A stretch of 64,000 nt of DNA from Octopus vulgaris (Eukaryota). The DNA lies in contig OX597835.1 of the NCBI GenBank assembly GCA_951406725.2, positions 46,934,001 to 46,998,000 on the forward strand, written 5' to 3'. The notes under the pieces were generated by a model that was not told where the DNA came from, made no database searches, and saw nothing but the letters and a program-made list of their open reading frames with translations. Positions 14,790 through 29,250 of the stretch are shown here, in pieces; the first letter of the stretch is position 1; every line of letters starts with the position of its first letter. The position numbers and the translations under genes were made by a program.

Positions 14790-15256
14790 TATGTATAGAT
14801 GAACATTATCTTCATACTTCAATGAAATGAAATATCTCCAACAGTATTGACTTTCGTCAGTTGTTAAGACCTGCAGTTTTTTAATGGTTTCGTACCTCTC
14901 AACAAATGTGACCCTCTTGAATCTACCGTCACCCTCTCACCCTCGTCTACCCACCCTCGCCAATCCACCCACACAAATCCACCCTAACCAATCCATAGTT
15001 ATCATGCCACAGTTACCAAACCCTTATTCGTGGTCGCTCCCAAAAAGAAAAGAGGGGAAAAAGCACAGGAGCTGGAGGGGCGGCGGACATTGAGACGAAA
15101 GACGGGTACCCGAGAGCCAAATGGAAACAGAAACAAATGTAGTGGAATGGTATAAATGACTGTAAAGAAAACTGATCTGATCAAATTGATTGATTGATTG
15201 ACTGACTGATCGATTGAGTGATCGAATGATTGATTGTCTGACTGATTGAATCGCAA
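13900..15256 (-). other. Probable TLX 3' UTR (end not defined)
   Basis: Directly downstream of the stop codon. Minus-strand AATAAA occurs near 14305 and 14387, and a U/GU-rich tract lies at ~13860-13945. No transcript evidence. Confidence 0.35.
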
Positions 15257-15525
15257 TTAGAAATCGGAAGATTTGTACATATCTACAAGAAGTCTCTCTA
15301 TTGGAATGTTTCCGATGGTTTTCCTGAAGAAAAGTTCTTCTATTGTGTTACCAGAAATACTGCGCAATGTCGGAAGTAAGAGCAGCAGCTTGCCGAAGCG
15401 AAACGGTTGACTGGGGTAGCTGCCCTGGATGTACTTGCTTAACGTAACCTGGGCTTGATCTTGTAATCCGGCAATCGTATGGAAATCACGTAAGCTTTTC
15501 ATCTCGCTACCAGCGTTTGGAAAAA
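15257..15525 (-). CDS. NR2E1: TLX terminal coding exon, LBD helices 9-12
   Basis: Acceptor tgtttttcag|TT and stop TAA at 15259-15257. (V)FPNAGSEMKSLRD...LQDQAQVTL...YPSQPFRFGKLLLLLPTLRSIS...IEELFFRKTIGNIPIERLLVDMYKSSDF*. The DMYKSSD C-terminus is characteristic of TLX. Confidence 0.96.
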
Positions 15526-16253
15526 CTGAAAAACATAAATATATATGTAAGTTTATATACACACGTATTTTATATGAAATATATATATTTATCCATAAAA
15601 CATAAATATAAAAATAATAGTTACAATTAACTGTATACATTTAAATGAAATCTTAATATTATTAGCGCTTGTCCACACATACACACACACATTCAGGAAG
15701 ATACATGTATGTATGTATGTATGTATATTTAACTCGCTTTGTGACCGTGAGTGCACCAAACCACACGGGTGTGTATGCTTACATTTTCGCGGATGCTTGT
15801 ATGAGCGAGTGTACTCGCGCCATTCAGCTTGAGCGAGGGCGTTTATACATCCGTATTTGTTAACGGTTATTTTTAATACCTTTCTCGCTGTATTGCGTGT
15901 TCATTTCCTTTTATTCCCATCTCTGATTTTATTTTTGATCTCCAATACAAATGAAGATATTTCCTTCGTTTTGCTGCTTTTCTTTCTACGAAATGAGAAG
16001 ATACATTGCGGAACTGTTATTGTAACGAGTTGTGTCTGTTTATCACCCGCTAAGACACATCTGCACCACTGGATGCTCCTGAATCAGTTGTTAAGTGTCC
16101 CACTCGTCAGGGATCGATGCTAGATGCGTCGAAACAATTGTTGTCGTCAATAATAAATTCTTGTGTATTCCCTCATCCGTCTTTCATTTAGCATATATAT
16201 ATATATATATATGTATGTATATATGTATATATAGACACCTACACACGGAAACA

Positions 16254-16288
<35 letters not shown>

Positions 16289-16513
16289 TGCACATACATA
16301 TATGTAGTTACGTAGACGAACTAGCAAAGTCAAAAACGTGTAAACTTTCTCTGATGAAGGACTAAAATATTTTGAAACTAGTTAAAACGATGTAATTTTC
16401 TTCTCAGGCGGTGAGAGAAAACCTTTGCCACTTCGATTTCATTACAGAGCGAGGATAAACTTGAATGGAACTGAAAGAAAACCATTTAGAATTCTGTGAA
16501 TTAGTGTGTGTGT

Positions 16514-16568
<55 letters not shown>

Positions 16569-16611
16569 CACATATATACAAATGTATACATGCTTATATA
16601 TATGTGTCTGC

Positions 16612-16678
<67 letters not shown>

Positions 16679-16982
16679 CGTGTGTGTGTGTGTGCGTGTG
16701 TGCGTGCGTGCGTGTGTGTGTGTGTTTATATATTGCTTCGTAATCTAATTACGCTCAACAACTGTTTCATTAGCAATAAGCACCATTAAATTTTATAATT
16801 AACTAATATAAGATATACATGACTAATTAATGTAAATTATTTCAATTAAATTTTACTTAAAACGATGTTTATTCCAGTATTATAAATTACATTGTGAAAA
16901 CCATTCCTACTGCATAGCTGCGCATGCGTATTTGTGCGTCAGAAGATACGACTTTACTCTGAAGGTTACTGACCAGTTAGAT

Positions 16983-17321
16983 CATAGCTTCTCGAAGTGG
17001 GCGCAACCACCCCGGTGGACGTTGAGACGGTCCGGGTGGGCGCTGGTGCCTAAGGGAGGGGGTTGTGGCGGTAGAGAAAAAGGAGGCATTGGGAGGAAAT
17101 TAGTGAATTAGGGGAACGCTATGAATTTATTATATTATTATTATAGTATTGTATATAGATTATATAATATTATATTAAATATCAAATGATTCATAGTATA
17201 TATATAAATTAGTAAAATATAAAATACTTATTTATATATAAAAATAGGGGTGGGGGCACTAAGGGTATCATGTGGCCATGAGGGGGCGGGGGCGGGGGCC
17301 CAAAAAGTTTGAGAACCTGTG
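16983..17321. mobile_element. hAT-type MITE
   Basis: Termini CATAGCTTCTCGAAG and GTTTGAGAACCTGTG are a degenerate TIR pair. TSD AGTTAGAT / AGTTAGGT (7/8). GC-rich subterminal regions and AT-rich centre. Confidence 0.75.
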
Positions 17322-17526
17322 AGTTAGGTTAACAGATCTGCGTGTATTTAAAGTTATGTTGAATTGAGTGAAACTGTTAATACGTATATTTAACTTTCAC
17401 AAGGTGTTTCGAGTGTTTTAATTTGTCCATCCGTTTATACAGTACCTGCATGTGTGTGGGTAAGCTTTGTATACAAACGCATAGATATTTGTGTCCAAGT
17501 AAGCAAACGGCACTTATTTCAGTATC

Positions 17527-17604
<78 letters not shown>

Positions 17605-17675
17605 GTATATATATACAAGTGTGTGTGTGTGTACTTACATTCTTACATGCATACATATATGTACACACATAAGCA

Positions 17676-17715
<40 letters not shown>

Positions 17716-18183
17716 CATACCAGCACTGAACCGTTAAAACGTAATCAAATATTCTACACTAAATATCCCGCCCAAACTTGTTAATTAATTATGCTCCACT
17801 CTAACAGAAAGTGTCTACATACACGTATGTGCTAAGAGATGTGTGTATATGTGTACGGACACACACACACACACACACGCATGCATGCACGCATACGCAC
17901 GCATGTACAAACACACATACACACACATACACACAAACACACTAACTCACACGCACACACATATGTATTCTTTTATACTTTTACTTGTTTCAGTTATTTG
18001 GCTGTAGCCATGCTGGAGCACCTTAAAGGGTTTTAGGACTTATTCTCTGTAAGCTGAGTACTTAATCAATTTGTCTGTTTTGCTGAACCGCTAAATTACG
18101 GGGACATAAACACACCAGCATCGGTGGTGGAGGGACACACACAGGCACACAATATATATACATGTGTGTGTATGTGCGTGTGT

Positions 18184-18221
<38 letters not shown>

Positions 18222-18361
18222 AACAGGCTTCTTCCAGTTTCCGTCTACCAAATCCGCTCGTAAAGCTTTGGTCGGCCCGAGGCTATAGTAGACGAAACTT
18301 CACTCTGTGGAATTGAACCCAGAAGCGTATGGTCGATAAGCAAGCTACAGCCACTCCTGCG

Positions 18362-18406
<45 letters not shown>

Positions 18407-18437
18407 AAATATATGTGTATATATGTATATATATATA

Positions 18438-18483
<46 letters not shown>

Positions 18484-18740
18484 GTGTATGTATAAAATCA
18501 CTTTCTTAGTACAGTCTTCGAAGTGTGGCCATGATGGAGCAGATCCTTTCAAAGTTGTGTACAGCATGCATGTATATAAAGTGTATGTGCGCATGTGCGT
18601 GTGTATATGTCTGTGAAATGCGTATGTAGCTCTATGTATGTTCATGTATTCCTTTTCTTAAGTACATATACGTGTTAATGCTTATGTTCGGGAAGGTCAA
18701 AGTTGTCTTTGCCTCTCTTTTTACCACCACTCTGCCTGTC

Positions 18741-18818
<78 letters not shown>

Positions 18819-19162
18819 ACTACCTCTCTTTCTCTCTTACTCCCTTGTTCAACAGCTCAGGTAAACATAACTCTTTAAATGAACAATCTGACACGTTCGG
18901 AAGCAACATTAGTTTTAAGTGCATACAAAGCATGATTCTACATCCATGAGTCACGGTTTCGTATTCAGTAATAAGTATTACAATATATGTATCTATGTTG
19001 CAAGATTCCTGATGTGAAACCTGTGTTGAAACATATATTGTTACATTTCGGGGTGGTGATTTTTTTTTTTTTTTCAAAATAAGCAGACGCTCTATATATT
19101 TATTCTTCACTTCAGCTGTATTATTATTATTATGTGTTATTATTATTATTACTACTACTACG

Positions 19163-19245
<83 letters not shown>

Positions 19246-20765
19246 CATTATTATAATGTCCTTTGTCTAAAATCTTTCGTCACACCCTGTGGACCTCTTC
19301 AACGACTCTCATTCCCACGTGTCTCTTCTTGTTCTGTTTAGTCCATTCTCACTAAAATGAGAATGATAATAAAGCCGAAGTGAAGAAACGAGTATACAGT
19401 GCGTGTGGTTATTTGGCAAGAACAAATGACCATCTCGAAATATAGCAATACACTATAATATATGCTATCGAGAACGATAACGTGGTTATTCTATAGATTA
19501 TTTAACAACTCAGTGACCGATCCTCTGTATTTCTAACGGCGAGAGTTGATAAGGAAGTGTTTCTGCAACACGATTGGAGCAAATACGACAGTGGATCTTT
19601 TTCCAGTGCACAGGTTGTATCCGCGTTGAGCAGATCTATCGACACTACCCAGTTATAAACACACATGCAGTTGGGAGATTAGGTTTTCTTCAGTAGATCC
19701 GACTTTGCAGAAGCCGTAGAAGAGGTCATTAAGAAATAAAAGAGATTCAAAGAGTTGGAGGTTACTGCTGTTAATAATTGCTAATAATTTAAGGCGGTAG
19801 AATCGTTAACATGCCGGGGCTCAGTTCGTTTCTTTTTTCTTTGTTATTTTATTCCCTCGTTTGAATTGTTATTTGTATTGACTATATATATGCATGCATA
19901 TATATGTGTGTCTGTGTGTGTGTTTAACTTTATTATTGTGTGAAATATTAAATCTATAGATATTACACATATTAAATCTATAGATATTACACATAAATAT
20001 TAATAATATAGTTAGTTTATATAATGGATTTGTGTATATTTGAACCATTTCCTATTTTAGATTGTATTATTCATGACTAGTAATAGCATTGGGTATATTA
20101 ATAAGACGCTAAAATATATATTTTACTACATTTAAAATCCAGATAGATTAATTTAATCGTTGAACTTCGTAAGCGTTATTATTATTATTATTGTTATTGA
20201 CTGGATTTGTAGTGGACTGGTGGTTGTGATTGAAAATCTTCATAGTGTATTGTTCATTTGTTCTAATATTTTTACACCTTTCTTTAATTTATGGGGCTTA
20301 AATGTTTCTTACTTTCCGTTAGCAAATAATTCCCGCCATTATATCATTTTTATATATTTTGATAGTTATAAGTTACGATAGATATTAATTATTATATCTA
20401 TTTATTTAGAATATTTTTATAAAGGAATCGAACGTATTACATTTAATTTAATTTGAGAATTAATTTTGTTAGACAATATATTATTTAATTATTAGGTGGT
20501 ATATTTATTAAGTAGTATTAAATTTAAGATAATTAGGCATTATATTGATATTTAGTCAACTATATTATAGAGTGATATATTAAATCTATAGATACTACAC
20601 ATTTATATTAATTATATCGTTAGCTTATTTAATGAGTTTGTCTATATTTGAACCATTTCTTACTTTGATTACAAGATTAATGGCTTGTACTGGCATAGTG
20701 TATATTAATTAATTTTAAAGTATTGAATAATTTAAGTATTGTTTTTAGTTTTCACTTAATGTATA

Positions 20766-20840
<75 letters not shown>

Positions 20841-20882
20841 GTATATTTATTAATTAATTATTTTATTATTCTAGTTTATTTT

Positions 20883-20988
20883 TAACCTGATGAGTGGCTA
20901 TATTTATATCGAAGTGATTTTACTACTACTATTAATTTTTTTACTATAATCATTTCTTAAATATAGTCACGAAACACGTGTCATTATT
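20883..20988 (+). ncRNA. Type-I hammerhead-like motif with long stem II
   Basis: CTGATGA (20887-93), GTGGCTATATTTA...TAAATATAGTCAC (13-bp stem II), GAAA (20971-74), CACGT-GTC. Palindromic ACACGTGT stem III. Stem I is degenerate. Confidence 0.7.
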
Positions 20989-21144
20989 CTACCAAATATA
21001 TACGTTTTTATTATTATTTTGCAATTTACTTAATCATCGGTATATTATTGTTATTTTAATTTTAATATTTCTATTATATGTAATTTTCTAGATGGTGTAA
21101 TTTAATTGTTCATTTTGAATTGATAAAAGGTGTTTTTTTTTCTA

Positions 21145-21189
<45 letters not shown>

Positions 21190-21274
21190 TTTGTGAAATT
21201 TGATTTAGTATTTCTAAATTGCGAATTTTTCCCTGTAAGTTAGGAATAATATTCTCAAATAAAATAATTATAAT

Positions 21275-21329
<55 letters not shown>

Positions 21330-21836
21330 TACCTACATATATATGTATATATTTATGCATACATACACACACAGACACACACACATACACATATATATAT
21401 ATATCACTCTTTCCTCCTGCCTCCTGCAGCTCACCTGCAATGGACCGGCGTCTCGTCCAGGTGGAGAACCTATTTACCAAGGAAACCAGCCCTATGAGCC
21501 AGGCATTGCTCGAGAAGGAACAAAGACACACACACACACACACACACACATACATATATATATATATGTACATGTATGTATGCATGCATGCATGCATGTA
21601 TGTATGTATGTATGGATGGATGGATGGATTAATGGATGGATAGATAAGTATCGTACACCCTTGCACGAAACTGTCACCGCTAGGGTCACTTCTATAACTT
21701 TTAAGCGAATTAATGCATGCTACATACATACACACATACATATATTCATACATACATACATACATACACACACACATACATACATACATACATACATACA
21801 TACATACATACATACATACATACATACATACATACA

Positions 21837-21870
<34 letters not shown>

Positions 21871-23199
21871 CATACCATCATAAATACGTACATACAAACA
21901 TGCATACATATGTACAGACACAAGCAAGCATTCTCTATAAACAAACATAATTTATGCAAACTCTCACTCTCTCTCTCTCACTTTCTCTCTCACTTTCTCT
22001 CTCTCATTCTCCATACTTATACATGTTCATTTTTGACACGGCCATCTACATTTTACAGAGAATATAACTTTAAAGCGACATATTTACTTCCTCCATAAAC
22101 AAGTATAACTTGTGTAAATCTCTCTTGCTTCACTCGATCTCTCCCTTAAACACGCACACACGAAATCCATACACACACACACATATATTTGCATAAATAT
22201 CCGTATACATAAACATACATAAATGTTTATTCATTATGGAGAGAGTATTTATACATACGCATATACTTGCCACATAAACAAGCATAACTTGTGCAAACTC
22301 TCTCTCTCTCTCTCCTTCTCTCTCTCTCTCCCTCTCTCTCCCTCTCTCTCACTACCTCTTCCTTGCTCTCTTAATTATTCTCTCTCATTTCCTGTCTCTC
22401 TCTTTCTTTTCTCGCTCTTTATCTTTAACAAACACACTGACACTTATACAAAATACAAACATACATACATACATACATACATACATACATACATACATAC
22501 ATACATACATACATACATACATACATGCATATAAATATATATACAAGCACGCATATAAGTGTATACATAAATATCTACATCTCTCCTCTTTTACACTCTC
22601 ACCACACACACACACACACACACATACACACACACACACTCACACATCCCATCTTCGAGGAAAGCTAACTTAAGTATAAAAAACAATGCAAGGACACACA
22701 GACAAATATTAGAAGTTTGATACGACGACCAACGGGAAGAAGGAAGAAGGAAAAAGGAAAAAGGAAGATGTCCGCCATTAGTAACGAAAAATAGTCAAGA
22801 AGACAGCCATTTTTTAATTTTTCTTTTTCTTCTCTCTCCACTGTTTGCTCTGTTTCGCTTTGTTTCCGGTTGGTTCACAGAATTACACATTAAAATCTAT
22901 TGACACAGACTTCCATTCATAAATAGCAACATTCCAAAATTGAGAATTACTCCTGGGAAAATATGGCTGCAGAACAAAGTTACCTGCAGTTCTTTTTTGT
23001 CTTTTCTTGGTTTGTTATTGCTGCTGTTGTTGTTTTTTTCTTTTTAATTCTTTTACTCGAAAAAAATTGTTTCCATTTTACCCAATGTATGAGCTGCCCT
23101 CTTTCTTACTCTTTCTTCTCTTTGTTTCTCTCTCTTTCTCCTTCTCGTTGTCCCTTATCTCTCTCTCTCTATTTGTCTCTTGTCTTTCTCACTCCATTG

Positions 23200-23246
<47 letters not shown>

Positions 23247-23270
23247 CTCTCTCTCTCAATCAATCAATCA

Positions 23271-23333
<63 letters not shown>

Positions 23334-23341
23334 ATTCTGTG

Positions 23342-23450
<109 letters not shown>

Positions 23451-23549
23451 GTCTGTCTGTCTGTCTATGTCTTTTTTCACTGTGTGTAATTATTTGTGTA
23501 TCTATCTGTGTCACGAGACGCAACAGTATCTGCATTTGTAATTATGCTT

Positions 23550-23586
<37 letters not shown>

Positions 23587-24209
23587 CATGTGTACATGTA
23601 TGTGTGTATATATATATGTGTCTGTGCGTCTGTAAATATTTGTACCTCTATAGGTGTATATGTGTACGTGTGCTTGTGTCTATGTGTAACAGAGTCTGCT
23701 CTTGTAATCGTCTCACAACGTATGTGTGTGCGCGCACGCGCGAATGTGTGTGAATATTTGCGCCTGTTGGTATGTTTGTGTGCATGCATGTCTATAGCTG
23801 TATGTGTCATAGTGTCTGAGTTTATAGTTATGTTTCAATATATGTATGTGAATGTGTGTATGCGTGCGTATGTGCGTGTGTATAATTGCCCATGTGTGTC
23901 TCTATACGTGTGTGATTGTGTCTGTGTATATTAACTTGTGTACGGCTGTATGCTTGTATGTATATGTATGTATGTGTATGGGAGGGATGTCTCTTTCTTA
24001 GAGAAGAGAGCGTAAAGGATGTGGGAGACAACTTTATTTACACACAGGTTTTACATTTTTCTTCAATTTTTTCCCTTTTTCGGGACGGCAGAGAGAGGAA
24101 GGAAGAGGTGGGGGTAGAAAATAAAACACAAATATTTGTTAAAATAAACTAAACATAATTAAGAAAGAGAAATTTCCGTTGTCGATATTCTCATTGTTGT
24201 TGTTGGTGC

Positions 24210-24278
<69 letters not shown>

Positions 24279-24836
24279 TACTACTACTACTACTAGTAGT
24301 AGTAGAAATAAAATTAAAACAGTAAGACAAATATCAGTTTAATATTTTAGCCCAAGGCTAGCAATTTCGGAGGAGTGGTAAGTGGATTTCATCGAGCCCG
24401 GTGATCAACTGGTACTTATTTTTATCGACGCCGAAAGGATAAAAGGAAAAGTCGACCTCAGTAGAATTTGAACTCAGAACGAAAAGACGTACGAAATGCT
24501 GCGAAGCATTCTGCCCGGCGTGCTAACGATTCTGCCAGCTTGCTATCTTTGGTGTCTATTTCTGGAACCGATTGTCATTTCCTACTGGTTTGTCTACTCC
24601 AAAATATATCCTATCATTTCATAATGCTCATGGGTTAAGCAACCCGAGAACGAACTCTCTAAAATAGGGACTCCCACTTTTATTTTGGTTGGACGGATGG
24701 AGTAAGAAGAAATTAGAAAAATATTTTACTGCAATTTGTTGTATGTCCATGGACCACGCACCAACTCGCTCGTACCCCCCCCCCCCCAGGCAGCGTCTGT
24801 GTTAAGGCATAAAAATATAAAGTGAAGATATCTTAC

Positions 24837-24986
24837 CTGTTTTGAAAATTACAATGCCCTTCAGACACGCGTATTCAGTTGGGTCAACCATGAGGGCCTT
24901 GAATTTGGTGATAATTTCCTGAAGTATTCTGATTTCACTCATGATGCTCACAACTTTCTCTGGCGGCGAATGGTCGCCGTTTAACC
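24837..24986 (-). CDS. NR2E1: TLX exon, LBD helices ~7-8
   Basis: Acceptor ggttacag|GG and donor ACA G|gtaaga. 150 nt, phase 1-1. (G)[49 protein letters not shown]. Confidence 0.95.
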
Positions 24987-25293
24987 CTGTAACCATAGAA
25001 ACGAATATTTCATTAAAAATCATTAATACATAATAGCTTAAATGAAGAAATCATGCTATTACGGTAATGACCAGATTATCGGATACTGTTACATATCGCT
25101 GGTCACGATGTGCTTCACATTGTTTTAACCTTCGAAGGATACCACCCCGCTGGCTAGACGAGCAGGCCAACATTCCTCCCAGACTGGAAGGGTATTCCGT
25201 CGCAGGGTTGTGACCCATTTACAGCTGAGTGGACTGGACCAATGTGAAATGAAGGGTTTTGCTCAAGAACACAACGCGCCGCCCAATTCGGGA

Positions 25294-25401
25294 GTAGGCT
25301 CGAAACGTAAAAGACTTTTCCGTTTTTCCCGCAACCTCAAACTAATACACTTGCTTGTTCTACACCTGTCTTCGTCTTTTGTTTTTCTATAAATTTGAAC
25401 T
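25294..25401 (+). mobile_element. 5'-truncated copy of the same pLTR family (3' half of hammerhead only)
   Basis: GTAGGCTCGAAACGTAAAAGAC...CACCTGTCTTCGTCTTTTG matches the reverse complement of the 38218-38420 and 50907-51118 elements. Confidence 0.6.
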
Positions 25402-26762
25402 CCCTCTCTCTCTCTCTCCCTCTCTCTATATATATGTATATATATATATATACATACATACACACACACACACGTATATATGTGTGTGTGTATGCATATA
25501 TATATGTATAAATATGTGTGTATATAAAAATATAAATATAGTAAATATGATATACACATATAATACATACATATGTGTGTATGTGTATGTGTGTGTGTGT
25601 CTTTATATGTGTTTATGTATATCATACATATTTATACGGAGGTGGTAAAGGCGTGTGCCCTAGAGGTTCGATTCCCTGAGAAGATGGCACATTCTGTTCT
25701 TGAGCGAAACGCTTCACTTCACGTTGCTGTAGTCCCGTCCCCTTTCGATCAGTGGGGAATGTTGGCTTGCCCACCTAGCCAGCGGGGTCGTGTCATTTGA
25801 TGGCTAAAACAATGCAAATGCGCACTGTGACCAACGAGGTGTGACAACATCTGATGTGTGCTACCAAGGTAATGAGCTAACAGAATCATTAGCACGCCGG
25901 ACGAAATAGCGCCATTTCGTTCGACCTTACGTTCCGAGTTCAAATTATGCTGAAGTCGCTTTTGTTTTTCACTTTTTCGAATTCGATAAAAATAAGTCCC
26001 AGTTTTGATTCTTTCGTGATCCACGATAAAAACGAATACTATATAAATATGCATGTTCGTATATAGATAGGTAGACACACATAAATATACGCACGCACCT
26101 GGTAATATGACACACGCGTCTACTTCAGGTAACATAACGATCGCTTTTAGTAAAGCGCTTTTTATCAAAGATATACAAGAGATATTCATATTCATTTATT
26201 TGGACGATGGACATTACGATTACAGAATGAAAGAATAGACCAGAAAAGCTGCTTTCTTTTTACAAAAGATGAAAGTACATAAATAAATACATAGAGCCAC
26301 GCATATACACTTATATACCAGAGCATGATTATATGTCTAGGTGCATACATATCTGTCAGCCAAAATATCACAACCATACAGACACACAGACACATATACA
26401 TATATCTGTGTGTGTGTGTGTGTGTGTGTAGAAAAGAGAAAGGAATAACGGATTAAAAATCCAGCCGAATACTCTTTAAGCACTCTGTACGTGTCAAACT
26501 TGTCTGACCAAATTGACCAGTGTAAAGCATGAACCTCACCGCACTGCAAGTAGTCCGATATTCTCGGTGCCTGTCCAATTTACAAATCGAAATTCTACAC
26601 ATTAAAAAAAAAAAAGTATTCATTGGAAGTTCACAAAGTATGGGAAAAAATGGGGAAAAAATTGGAGACTTGTATATTTTTAATCAGCTTAGGATGTATT
26701 GATATTACATAATTCTGTGATTTATTAATCATGCAAAATGTACAATTCTCCGTTCTACTCTG

Positions 26763-26806
<44 letters not shown>

Positions 26807-27101
26807 AAAAAAAAAGTTCGATTACAAATCACTTAATCAGAACGAGAGATATCGAAATACACATTCTTGCACATTACGTAAATCAATCTACATAATTCTA
26901 TTTGTCACTCCGTAAGTTAGTTCGTGCGTTACGCTCTGTTGGGCATCATTAAAAGTTGGTTATTATTAGCAGCATTTCGTCCGTCTTTACGTTCTGAGTT
27001 CGAAAACCGTCGAGGTCGGCTTTTCCTTTCGATCAAACGAGAACTGATGTCGCTGTAATGAACCAGATCCTTCCCCCAAAATTCAAGCCTTTTGTCTATA
27101 A

Positions 27102-27866
27102 CAATGGTTCTCAAACGGGGTCCGAGTGGCCCCTGAGGGTCCATATCAGATTTTTAGGAGTCTACACAGCAAAATAGAAAACCGAGGATCTACGATAGTA
27201 TTTTAAGGGCCCCTGAAAATATTCTGCTTTGGATGTATGTATTGGTATGTATTGCAAGAAATAGCGAGGCTTCTTTGCTTAATGTCTTGCATAGTTCAGC
27301 CTAGACAAGTTGATGGGGGAAAAACAAAAGAGGAGGAATTTTGAAAGAAGTTTCTATAAAACTAGTTTTTAAGCATCAAAGCGCTATAAGGGTCCGCCAG
27401 AACAAAATAGTGATCAAAGGGGTCTATACTCTTTTACTCTTTTATTTGTTTCAGTCATTTGACTGTGGCCATGGTGGAGCACCGCCTTTAGTCGAGCAAA
27501 TCGACCCCAGGAATTATTCTTTGTAAACCTAGTACTAATTCTAATGGTCTCTTTTGCCGAACCGCTAAGTTACGGGGACGTAAACACACCAGCACCGGTT
27601 GTCAGGCGATGCTGGAGGACAAACACAGACACACAAACACACACACATATATACATAGATATATATATACGACGGGCTTCTTTCAGTTTCCGTCTACCAA
27701 ATCCACTGACAAGGTTTTGGTCGACCCGAGGCTATAGCAGAAGACACTTGCCCAAAGTGCCACGCAGTGGGACTGAACCCGGAACCATGTGGTTGGTAAG
27801 CAAACTACTTACCACACAGCCACTCCTGAGCACACTCCATAGATAAAAAATGATTGAGAACCCCTG
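27102..27866. mobile_element. hAT-type MITE with a nested SINE, itself inserted in another SINE
   Basis: TIRs CAATGGTTCTCAA and TTGAGAACCCCTG. Perfect 8-bp TSD GTCTATAA at 27094-27101 and 27867-27874. Confidence 0.9.
27427..27828 (-). mobile_element. SINE family A, full copy nested in the MITE
   Basis: Colinear with 58996-59414 along its length. Confidence 0.9.
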
Positions 27867-28145
27867 GTCTATAATAATAGAAAGGATTTGTAAGGCGGTG
27901 AGTGGGCCAGGCGAAATGCTTGGCAGCATTACATTCGGTTTGACATTCTGAGTTCAAATCAGGCCGAGGTCCTCTTTGCCTTTCATCCTTTCCAGATTGC
28001 TAAATCAAGTTCCAGTTGAGAATGGTCCTCCGCTGGTAGCTAAAATTTCTATACATTCATTATATAAAAATGTAAGTTTAACGCAAAGAGAAATTGAAAT
28101 CTCATTCCTATGGTGACCTGTGCATTCAGCGCATCAGTATACCTC

Positions 28146-28179
<34 letters not shown>

Positions 28180-28558
28180 CATGCGTGTGTGTGTGTATGT
28201 GTGTGTGAGTGTGTGTGTGTATATGCACATACATATGTATGTGTATGACATCATGTATATGTATATTATATATATTTGTGTAATGTATAATTACATACAC
28301 TTATGTGTGGGGTGTGTGTGTGTATGTGTGTTTGTATATATGTGTATGTGTGTCTATATGTATATGCATGTATGTATGTATGTATGTATGTATGTATGTA
28401 TGTATGTATGTATGTATGCCTGCATTTATGAATGTAGAAAACATACATCTGAGTGTGTGTATGTGTACAAGTGCTTGCGCTGTTCTGCGTATATATATAT
28501 ATATACATATAAAATAATTTGTCTACTACTCTCCCTCCCTCTCTCCTCTTTCTTTTTC

Positions 28559-28608
<50 letters not shown>

Positions 28609-28634
28609 GAGAGAGAGAAGAGAACTGATGTCTT

Positions 28635-28852
28635 TTTCAACATGTGATCTCTTGAGCACCACCAGCAAAAAGAAAATTTTTCCCTCTGTCTTCCCTTCTC
28701 GGGATCTTTCCTTCTCCTTTGTTTCCGACGAAGAGCTCCACTCGAAACGTTAAACCCTCCTTCCCTTCTTTCCTGAGCGTCAAATAATACTTTAATTGTT
28801 CCACGTCCTCGCGTTGCTGTGTTTTTTTCTGTGTTTTCTTGTTTGGATTAAC

Positions 28853-28853
<1 letters not shown>
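28635..28853 (+). mobile_element. Second copy of the same Penelope-like remnant, hammerhead-like motif at 28721-28755
   Basis: Reverse complement of 257-482. GTTT-CCGACGA-a-GAGC tcc ACTC-GAAAC-GTT-AAAC. Ends in (TA)n. Confidence 0.7.
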
Positions 28854-28893
<40 letters not shown>

Positions 28894-28894
28894 G

Positions 28895-28925
<31 letters not shown>

Positions 28926-28987
28926 GCACCGACACACATGATTGTATTAGACATCTGCATTTGCATGTGTGTATATTAGAATGAATT

Positions 28988-29021
<34 letters not shown>

Positions 29022-29221
29022 TTCTCCACTTTCTTATCTTGTATATATATATGTACATGTGTGTATGCGTTTTAGTGTATGTTTGTTTTTGCGTATACCT
29101 GCGCTTCTGTGCGAGTGTGCGTGTGTTTGTGTGTGCATGTGTGTGTACGTGTGTGTACCTTCATGTGCGTACGAGTGTGTGTGTGTGTGTGTGCTTAAGC
29201 CTTTTCAGTTATTAACTCCTC

Positions 29222-29250
29222 TGACATCACTTCCGGTTAGGTAACCGTTA
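29222..29250. promoter_or_regulatory. Candidate ETS-CRE composite site in a TLX intron
   Basis: TGACATCACTTCCGG (revcomp CCGGAAGTGATGTCA) is one mismatch from the overlapping ETS-CRE motif CCGGAAGTGACGTCA. Followed by the palindrome GGTT-AGGT-AACC. Confidence 0.3.
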
